A stretch of 60,149 nt of DNA, filler included. It is 6 parts of 6 records of this genome, joined end to end, with 100 filler letters (N's around TTAATTAATTAA, not from the genome) between each part and the next. Parts side by side here need not be neighbours in the genome. Positions count along the whole stretch, not along the records: positions 47,170 to 60,149 come from SRR31147125_9652; 5 more parts are not named here. One strand, 5' to 3'. This document shows, piece by piece, positions 53,040-60,149 of the stretch. Below the pieces are notes generated by a model. The model saw only the letters and a program-made list of their open reading frames with translations. It had not been told where the DNA came from and ran no database searches. Each line of letters opens with the position of its first letter. Positions within the stretch are counted from its first letter, which is position 1. Made by a program: the position numbers and the translations under genes.

Positions 53040-53185
53040 CGTCTCCCCTTCTCTTTGGTCGGTGTTTGAATCTATAAGGTGCTGAAGGCACACAATGCCT
53101 GGAGGTTATAACATAGTTGCATTTTGATACAGGAATCTTTTCGCCAGAACAGCCCCTCTCACTATCGACCTGGTACCCGCAAACG

Positions 53186-54463
53186 TCAATCCATCAGCAG
53201 TTCAGGCAGCCACAGGCTGAGTGCCGGAATATAGGTGATCAGGATGAGGGTGACGAGGTTGGCGATCAGAAAGGGCAGTGCGGCCTTGAAAATTCTGCCT
53301 ATTCGTACTTTTGAGATGGCCGAGCAGACGTTGAGGCACATCCCGACCGGAGGTGTTACAAGACCGACCGCCAGGCCGGAAATGAGGATGACGCCGAATT
53401 GAATCCCATTGATTCCCAGAAGTTTCATCGCCGGGAGAAAGACAGGGGTCAACAACAAAATTGCCGGGCTCACATCTACAAATGTTCCCACGATCAGGAT
53501 GATGATCAGGACGACGAAGAGGATTACGAACACCGGCAGCTCAAGCCCGGAGACGAACATGGCAAGCGACTGCGGGATCCGTTCAAGAGCGAGGATCCAC
53601 ACGTAGAGCTTGGAGAGGGCGATGATGATCATCACCGTCGCACTGGTCTGGATCGCATCGCGGAGCAGCTTCGGGATAACCTTCAGGTCCAGTTCCCGCA
53701 ACAGGATCAGCCCGACGAAAAACGCGTAGAGAACACCGAGTCCTGCGGACTCAGTCGCGGTCGCCAGGCCGAGTACCACTGCTCCGACCACGAACACCGG
53801 CATGATCAGTGCCGGCAACGCCCGTCCGGTGAGGCTGGCCTTTTCCCTGGTGGACAGGGTTATGGTCTCCTTCGGGTAGTTATAATAATAGGAAACGGCC
53901 ACGGTAATGATGAGCATCAGCAGGCCGATCATTACACCCGGAATCAGCCCGCCCAGAAACAGGCGGCCGACACTCTCTTCGGAAATATAGGCGTAGATCA
54001 CCATTGGGACACTGGGCGGGATGATCATCCCCATCGTAGAGGATGCCACGGTAATCCCGCTGGCGAACTCGAGCGAGTACCCCTTTTTGTTCATCTCAGG
54101 AATGAGGACTGCACCGACCGAAGCGGTGTCCGAAACGGAGGAACCGGAAATACCGCCGAAAATCATGCTGGCAATGACGTTGACCAGGCCGAGTCCGCCC
54201 CGCAGGCGACCGACGAACAGCAAACTGAAGTCTATCAGCCGGGCAGTGATGCCGCCGGAGTTCATCAGCAGCCCCATGAAGACGAAGAGCGGCATCGCGA
54301 TCATTGCATACGAGTTCATCCCGGCATACAGCCGGGCCGGCAGGATGGAAATCAACTCGGGATGTACCATCCAGAAGTAGGCGAGCGCTGAAAGCCCGAG
54401 CGAGTAGGCAATTGGAACGCCAAGAACGAGGAAAAGGGCCAGGCTACCAAGAAGAGTCAGCAT
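53186..54463 (-). CDS. dctM: TRAP transporter large permease
   Basis: FGGISGSSVSD, GMIIPPSVPM, ATATESA, GLVTPPVG. Confidence 0.96.
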   Translation of the reverse strand: MLTLLGSLALFLVLGVPIAYSLGLSALAYFWMVHPELISILPARLYAGMNSYAMIAMPLFVFMGLLMNSGGITARLIDFSLLFVGRLRGGLGLVNVIASMIFGGISGSSVSDTASVGAVLIPEMNKKGYSLEFASGITVASSTMGMIIPPSVPMVIYAYISEESVGRLFLGGLIPGVMIGLLMLIITVAVSYYYNYPKETITLSTREKASLTGRALPALIMPVFVVGAVVLGLATATESAGLGVLYAFFVGLILLRELDLKVIPKLLRDAIQTSATVMIIIALSKLYVWILALERIPQSLAMFVSGLELPVFVILFVVLIIILIVGTFVDVSPAILLLTPVFLPAMKLLGINGIQFGVILISGLAVGLVTPPVGMCLNVCSAISKVRIGRIFKAALPFLIANLVTLILITYIPALSLWLPELLMD

Positions 54464-54957
54464 GATTCATCCCCCGGAAGCTGAAATTCCTCGAAGAGAT
54501 CGAGTATGATCATTACCAGACAGTAGGCTATCACGAGGCTGCAGCCGATCGGAATAGAGATCTGGAATATCCACTCGGGAACCCGCAGCACCGGTGACTC
54601 GTTTGAGCCGACCTTGCTGATCCACCTGATCGAGTAGAAGATCATGACACCATTCAAAAACGCGATCAGTGCGTGCACGAGGATATCGTTGAGGAGCTGC
54701 AGGGATTTCGGCAGTTGCTGGACGACGTAGCTGATATTGATATGCCGGCGCCGCCTGACCGCTACTGCGGCACCGATTGCGGTCGTATAGATGAACAGCC
54801 CTTCCATCAGTTCGTTACCGCCGATGATTGCGTCGTTGAATACATAGCGCAGGATCACCTGCAGGATCGTAATCAGCAGAATCACCGCAAAAAAGGACGC
54901 GATAAGAGCGTCCATAAGGAGCGTTAAAATCCTGGCCATCCGTTTGAACGATTCCAT
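54457..54957 (-). CDS. dctQ: TRAP transporter small permease
   Basis: QVILRYVFN, NEL, RRRHI, SPVL; four TMs. Confidence 0.93.
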   Translation of the reverse strand: MESFKRMARILTLLMDALIASFFAVILLITILQVILRYVFNDAIIGGNELMEGLFIYTTAIGAAVAVRRRRHINISYVVQQLPKSLQLLNDILVHALIAFLNGVMIFYSIRWISKVGSNESPVLRVPEWIFQISIPIGCSLVIAYCLVMIILDLFEEFQLPGDESC

Positions 54958-54976
54958 GGAACCCCGGTGTCAACAC

Positions 54977-55019
54977 CACATCACAACGCAGCCCCGTAAG
55001 GGACCGACATTGTGATGTG
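54977..55019. promoter_or_regulatory. Intercistronic stem-loop between dctP and dctQ
   Basis: CACATCACAA..TTGTGATGTG 10-bp stem with inner CCC-GTAA-GGG. Confidence 0.6.
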
Positions 55020-55042
55020 TCTGTTTATCGAATTGGAAACAA

Positions 55043-56044
55043 CTATTTTTTGGCTATTTTCTGGGCCGCCTTGATGTCGTCCCAGGTAAAATAACCGTCG
55101 TCCACATACTGCTGCCAGACTGGTCTGGCGGCCTCTGCAAACTGGCTGGTGACCTCTGGCGTCAGGGTGTTTGTTTCCAGCTTGGTCTGCAGGAGATTAT
55201 AGTAGTTGTTCTCCGAATTCAGCCAGATGGTGTCGCTGTAGATCATCGCCGCCTTTGCGGATGCGTCGAAGATCTGCTTGAGATCATCCGGCAGAGATTT
55301 ATACCAGTCCGGGTTGACATAGAACGGGTCGGGATGAATCTGCCAGTTGACGACGGACAGGTATTTCTGAGCCTCGTAGAACTTCATGTCAACCGTGTTG
55401 GAGAATGGATTTTCCTGGCCGTCCACTACATTTGACTTGAGGGCCATATAGGTCTCCGTATAGGCGACCATCTGCGGGTTTGCCCCTAGCGTTTTGAAGG
55501 TCTTGATGGTCATGTCGATCGGCGGGGTCCGCATCTTCAACCCCTTGATGTCTGCCGGCGTTTTTATCGGTTTGACATTGTTGGTGATGTTACGGAAACC
55601 ACCGGCGACGCCGCAGGCCGGGACATACAGGCTGCTTTCCATCGCTCCTTCGTTTACCTTTGCGCCGAAATCGCCGCGCATCAGGTTCAGGACCTGGTCG
55701 GTATTGTCAAAGAAGAAGGGCAGCGTATAGAGCAGATACATTTTGTTCGCACGCTCGAACAACCCTCCCCGGCACCCCTGCAACTCGCCGGTCTTGACCA
55801 TGTCGAGCACCTCGGCTTCCTTGCCGAGTACCCCGGAGGTGTACAGCTCGACCTGAATCCTGCCACCGGAAGCCGCCTCAACCAGATCCTTGAAAAAATA
55901 CATGGACACCGACCGGGGGTGGGTGTCGGACTGCGAGTTAGAGTACTTGAAGACATAGGCTTTTTCCGCCATTGCCTGACCGACCGGCAACAGTATCAAT
56001 AGTACTGCCAGCACTGACAGCCACACTGCTATTCTGCTTCTCAT
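55043..56044 (-). CDS. dctP: TRAP substrate-binding protein
   Basis: Signal peptide, SGVLG, GFR, DIKGLKMR, ETYMAL..VVDGQENP, KFYEAQKY. Confidence 0.96.
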   Translation of the reverse strand: MRSRIAVWLSVLAVLLILLPVGQAMAEKAYVFKYSNSQSDTHPRSVSMYFFKDLVEAASGGRIQVELYTSGVLGKEAEVLDMVKTGELQGCRGGLFERANKMYLLYTLPFFFDNTDQVLNLMRGDFGAKVNEGAMESSLYVPACGVAGGFRNITNNVKPIKTPADIKGLKMRTPPIDMTIKTFKTLGANPQMVAYTETYMALKSNVVDGQENPFSNTVDMKFYEAQKYLSVVNWQIHPDPFYVNPDWYKSLPDDLKQIFDASAKAAMIYSDTIWLNSENNYYNLLQTKLETNTLTPEVTSQFAEAARPVWQQYVDDGYFTWDDIKAAQKIAKK

Positions 56045-56063
56045 GTCTATTCCTCCTCTGTAA

Positions 56064-56837
56064 TCAGGTTTGCTGACTCACGGCAGGGTGACTGCCGCCT
56101 AACGATTTAGATATCGCTTGCGCATATTTTTTTATTGCGGCTACCTCCGGTTCTATACCCCGATCATGTTTGAGATAGGCAGGAAACGCGATGCTGATCG
56201 CCCCTAGAAGCCGTTTGTCGAAGTCAAAAATCGGTCCTGCAATGCACATGATTCCCCTGGTGATCTCCTCGTAGTCGACTGCGTAGCCCTGCTTGACGAC
56301 ACGCACCAACTCGTTTCTCAAACCCTCCGGGCTGGTGATGGTCTTATCGGTTTCTGGTTTCAGTGGCTGTTCGAGTAGTTTCTCGAGCGTGGAGGCAGGC
56401 GAAAAAGCAAGCAGTATTTTCCCCAGGCTGGTGCAGTGCAGCGGGAATGGCCGGCCGATTTCTGAGAAGAGTTTGATCCCGAAGTCGCGGGACTCGACTT
56501 TATCCACAAATATCCCCTGGGTTCCGTCGAGAATCCCGAGGTTGGCCGTGTGTTGCGTATCGTACTGAAGCTCTAATAGAAATGGATGGATTCGCTCCCG
56601 CAACCTGAAATGGGCCATTACCTGCGCGCCGAGTGCGGCAAAGCGCAGACTACCGAAATATCTCCTGGTGACGGGGTCGTACGTGAGGTAATCGAGGCTG
56701 GTAAGGTCTTTTAAAATTCTATGGACTGAAGATTTTGGCAGATCAAGGTCGCTCAGGATCTCAGAATAGGTGGCCCCCCTGTCCTGCCTGCTGATCACCG
56801 TTTCTATGACGGTGAATACCTTGTGAAGTGGATTCAT
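56064..56837 (-). CDS. IclR family regulator
   Basis: LPKSSVHRIL, PLHCTSLGKILLA, GYAVDYEE..CIAGPI. Confidence 0.95.
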   Translation of the reverse strand: MNPLHKVFTVIETVISRQDRGATYSEILSDLDLPKSSVHRILKDLTSLDYLTYDPVTRRYFGSLRFAALGAQVMAHFRLRERIHPFLLELQYDTQHTANLGILDGTQGIFVDKVESRDFGIKLFSEIGRPFPLHCTSLGKILLAFSPASTLEKLLEQPLKPETDKTITSPEGLRNELVRVVKQGYAVDYEEITRGIMCIAGPIFDFDKRLLGAISIAFPAYLKHDRGIEPEVAAIKKYAQAISKSLGGSHPAVSQQT

Positions 56838-56840
56838 AAA

Positions 56841-56876
56841 TATCCATATGTAGAATAAATATCTATATATGGAGTA
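56841..56876. promoter_or_regulatory. Tandem IclR-type operator palindromes
   Basis: TATCCATATGTAGAATA and TATCTATATATGGAGTA, 19-bp period, next to the IclR start; TTGACA on the minus strand at 56894-56899. Confidence 0.6.
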
Positions 56877-57242
56877 ATATTGTAAATTGTAGATGTCAAC
56901 TAAAATTATAACATATATTTATATAAAAAATCACTGTATGAAGTACCGAATAATTGTATTAATCTGTCATTTCAGATGTATATAAATGTTTAACAGAACT
57001 TGACGGATCTTTATTCCGGGGTTCCTTGACCAGCAGGTATTGAATTATCAACAACATATGTCTGAAACTTCCCGTGTCGTTTGTTTCTGCCGAACAAGGT
57101 ACAATCATCCCTGTATCACCTCTCTTCGCTTACCCCATTAATTCTTACTGGTAAAAGCAATTTCCCGAGATTCGTGGTATGAAATAGCTAGGGATGAATC
57201 GAGACTGAAACAGCTTCTGAGACGTTTGCAGGGGACAGGCTC

Positions 57243-58652
57243 ATGCTGAAGATGCTAGTTGCGATTATCGCAGTTCCGTTCTTTCTCGTGTCGATGCCGC
57301 GTGCGGCACACCATACGGGAAGCGTTGCCGGTGCGCTGTCGTTGTCTCTGGGACAGGCGATACAGCGAGCCCTCGAGGAGAACCGGAATATTCGGGATTA
57401 CGAGTACGCGGTAGAGGACGGCAGGCTCGGTCTCGGGGCGGCGCAGGATACCTTCGATATAAAAATTCGACCGCTTTCAAACATCAATTACAACAGCGAC
57501 GGCGATGAAAGTGACGTTACGGTATGGCAGGTCGGAGGGGCCGTTGCGAAGAGATTCAAAACCGGATTCGACGTCGAGTTGAGGCCGAGTATTGCCCGCG
57601 GCGAAGATGAGTACGACGCCGGGGTCGGGTTTTCTATTGAACTCCCTCTTCTTAGGGGATGGGGGCGAGAGTCGACTCTGAACCAGGTCTACGGCAGGGA
57701 ATTCTCTGTCGCCACATCATTGCGAAATCTGCACGGTCAACGAGTCAAGGTTATCTTGGATACTGTTTCCACGGTTTACCGCTCGGTTCGTGAACAACAA
57801 CTCATCAGCCTCTACCGCTCCCACCTGGCCCACCTTAAAAACCACCTGCAGGTAGTGTCCATCAAAGAAAAAGCGGGACTGGCACGGTCGATGGATCTCT
57901 ACCGGGTCGAGATCCGCATCAAAGAGGTCGAGGACAGTCTAAACCTTGCTGCGGAGCGGAGCGATGTCATTATCGATCAGCTGAAAGAAATTCTGGCCAT
58001 GTCATTGGATCAGGAAATATCCGTTGAGGCACCGCTCACGTACACGTTCATATCTATAAATCTTGAAAAAGCCGTGCAGATTGCGCTCGAAAAAAGAATT
58101 GAGATGGAGCAGGGCCGAGCCGGAATTTCGGAAGCCGAGCGTAAAACAATGCTCGCACACCACAATATTCGTCCTGAATTGAATCTCGCGGCCAGCTACC
58201 AGAGGAAAGGCCGCTCCAGTGAGTTCGACAGTCTCTTCGTGTTCGACGAGGATGTCTTCAGTATCGGCCTGACAAGCAATACCGATTTATCCCGTTCCCA
58301 GGAGAAGGCGGAGTGGGCCAGAAGTAAGACAGAGCTCAATCGCGAATACCTGCGTTTCGAGACGACGAAGGACGCAATTGTCCGGGAAATCAGGACGGTC
58401 ATCAATGCGTTGAACAAATCTGCTGAGCGGATAGCTCTGAGGAAAGAGCAGATTGTTCAGGCCACCGGTAAACAGCGGCTGGCTCAGGTCAAGTTTCAGC
58501 ATGGTGAAGCGGATAATTTTGATCTGATCGAGTCGCAAACGCAGCTGCAGCGAGCCAAAGTCAATCTGATTACAGACGAAATTCAGTATATTATCAACGG
58601 TTACCGGTTACGTGCCGCGATGGGAACATTGCTTGAATACAACGGTATTTGA
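57243..58652 (+). CDS. TolC family outer-membrane protein
   Basis: Signal peptide, LSLGQAIQRALEEN, ELPLLRGWG, RPELNL, YRLRAAMGTLL. Confidence 0.9.
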   Translation: MLKMLVAIIAVPFFLVSMPRAAHHTGSVAGALSLSLGQAIQRALEENRNIRDYEYAVEDGRLGLGAAQDTFDIKIRPLSNINYNSDGDESDVTVWQVGGAVAKRFKTGFDVELRPSIARGEDEYDAGVGFSIELPLLRGWGRESTLNQVYGREFSVATSLRNLHGQRVKVILDTVSTVYRSVREQQLISLYRSHLAHLKNHLQVVSIKEKAGLARSMDLYRVEIRIKEVEDSLNLAAERSDVIIDQLKEILAMSLDQEISVEAPLTYTFISINLEKAVQIALEKRIEMEQGRAGISEAERKTMLAHHNIRPELNLAASYQRKGRSSEFDSLFVFDEDVFSIGLTSNTDLSRSQEKAEWARSKTELNREYLRFETTKDAIVREIRTVINALNKSAERIALRKEQIVQATGKQRLAQVKFQHGEADNFDLIESQTQLQRAKVNLITDEIQYIINGYRLRAAMGTLLEYNGI

Positions 58653-58655
58653 ACT

Positions 58656-60092
58656 ATGAAGCGACTGCTCATGCTCTTTCTGGTGGTGATTGTGGGGGGA
58701 CTTGCCGCCTCCGGTTACTACATTCTTGCCATACCGGAGATGGAGCCTGACTCGGACCCGCATTTGACTGCAGTAAAACTGCGTGATCTTGCTGTTGAGG
58801 TCCGCACGCTGGGGACGCTCGAGGCCAGTAACGCACATATGATTTCGTCCCAGATCAAGGGGACCGGTGCGAAAATTATCTATCTTGCCGGGAATGGTGA
58901 CTCCGTTGCCCAGGGGGAAGTACTTGTTCGTTTCGATCCCCAGCCGTTTGAAGACGCGGTTCTCGAGTTGTCCTCCAAGGTGGAGACCCTGGGAGCGGCG
59001 GTTCGCGCCGCACAGCAGCTCGTGGAATGGGAGAAGAAAGAGGCCGAACAGAGAATCATCACCGCGCAATACCAGCATCGGGTTGCCCGGCTCGATCTCC
59101 GGCGGCTGGAGGAGGGTGAGGGGCCATTAAAAATTGCACAATACCAGGATGATCTCGACAAGGTTGGGCTTGAGCTTAAACATTATGAGGCGTATCAGGC
59201 CGACCTGCAGCAGCTCGAAACAGAGGGTATCGCCAACCCCGCTGAGCTCGAGCGAGTCAGAGAGGATATTGCGCTCATGCGTGATAAGTACAATTCAGTG
59301 AAGCGCCAGTACGACAGTTATCGCAAGTACGTGCTGCCGGTGATGGTGGAGAGCGCACGTGAGAAAGTGAAGAATACCGAATTATCTATCGATCAGGTCA
59401 AACAGTCAAGTGTGCATAAAATAGCCAACGGTCAGGCGACGCTCGAGCAGACCCGTGGAAAACTCAAGGCGGCGAATATGTCTCTGGAAAAGGCACGGGC
59501 CGAACTTGAAAAAACGACGATTCATGCACCGTTCGACGGTCTGATCATCCACTATGAAACGTATCGAAATTCAGAACTGCGCACACCCCGAGAAGGGGAT
59601 ACCGTTATCATTAATCAGCCTATACTCTACTTTCCGGATATCTCAAGTCTTGTAGTCAAGAGCAGCGTACGCGAGATCGATATGCACCGGATTGCGGTGA
59701 AGCAGCGGGCCACAATTTATATCGACGCGTATCCGGAAGAACGATTCGAAGGAGAGCTGGAATTTATCGGTGCGCTGGCCAGGAAGCAGGCGAAAAGCTC
59801 ATCTGCAGATAAGTATTTTCAGGTTGTATTCTCCCTGAAAAACAGTGATGAGCGGCTGCGCCCTGGGATGTCGGCGCGAATCATCGTTCATGCCGATGAG
59901 GTACGAGAGGTTCCGACCATTCCAATCAGCTCCATTTTCGAGGATCGCGGCGGTGACTTCTGCTATCTGTGGAATGGGGTTATGTATGAAAAACGGTATG
60001 TTACAACCGGTCTGCAGAATGAAGACTTCATTGAAATCAAAGCAGGCTTGATGATCGATGACAAAGTCTCGCAGATACGACCGGAAAGGTGA
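58656..60092 (+). CDS. MacA/HlyD-type periplasmic adaptor with long coiled coil
   Basis: N-terminal TM, GDSVAQGEVLVRFD, TIHAPFDG, IDAYP, LRPGMSA. Confidence 0.92.
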   Translation: MKRLLMLFLVVIVGGLAASGYYILAIPEMEPDSDPHLTAVKLRDLAVEVRTLGTLEASNAHMISSQIKGTGAKIIYLAGNGDSVAQGEVLVRFDPQPFEDAVLELSSKVETLGAAVRAAQQLVEWEKKEAEQRIITAQYQHRVARLDLRRLEEGEGPLKIAQYQDDLDKVGLELKHYEAYQADLQQLETEGIANPAELERVREDIALMRDKYNSVKRQYDSYRKYVLPVMVESAREKVKNTELSIDQVKQSSVHKIANGQATLEQTRGKLKAANMSLEKARAELEKTTIHAPFDGLIIHYETYRNSELRTPREGDTVIINQPILYFPDISSLVVKSSVREIDMHRIAVKQRATIYIDAYPEERFEGELEFIGALARKQAKSSSADKYFQVVFSLKNSDERLRPGMSARIIVHADEVREVPTIPISSIFEDRGGDFCYLWNGVMYEKRYVTTGLQNEDFIEIKAGLMIDDKVSQIRPER

Positions 60093-60096
60093 CTGT

Positions 60097-60149
60097 ATGG
60101 AACACACGTGATAGTCGATATTCAGGGCTCTCTCACCGCTACCGCAGGG
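60097..60149 (+). CDS. Probable start of a MacB-type ABC transporter, truncated and with apparent indels
   Basis: ATG 4 nt after the adaptor stop; with indels it reads VIVDIQGLSHRYRR; the call rests mainly on context. Confidence 0.3.

Noticed and set aside
53399-54391. 330-aa plus-strand ORF
   Set aside because: Antisense shadow of dctM, typical of GC-rich membrane genes; no recognisable motifs

Overview
This window is not one locus. It is six unrelated fragments joined by five identical 100-bp artificial spacers (N44-TTAATTAATTAA-N44) at 22273, 28336, 33690, 39454 and 47070. A (1-22272, FCB-like, lineage inferred): FG-GAP propeller, GH31, pgk, nagB, PDZ-GAF-PP2C sensor, PHP phosphoesterase, an ArsR-TolC-MFP-RND-PII-like-Rossmann-DUF2892 cassette, a ferritin-like gene and hypFCDE. 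B (22373-28335, AT-rich, Fusobacteriota-like): BatD, type Vd patatin, sigma70, ruvC and a histidine kinase lacking its phospho-His. C (28436-33689, Bacteroidota): SusC/SusD, sulfatase and a membrane-anchored wHTH regulator. D (33790-39453, Myxococcota/deltaproteobacterial-like): one ~1690-aa secreted protein with an internal MYXO-CTERM-like signal back-to-back with a second lipoprotein signal. This possible surface polyprotein is the best candidate for an undescribed system. E (39554-47069, FCB-like): C25/PorU-like protease, PorV-like barrel, lipoprotein, SLBB protein and ahcY. F (47170-60149, GC-rich, Desulfobacterota-like): thiolase, IclR, GctAB-like CoA-transferase, gene remnants, an HpcH aldolase with an in-frame amber codon, TRAP transporter, IclR and TolC/MacA. 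Several genes carry frameshifts in homopolymer runs, probably sequencing errors. No rRNA, tRNA, CRISPR array or intact transposase was seen. All calls come from motif recognition, with no database searches.
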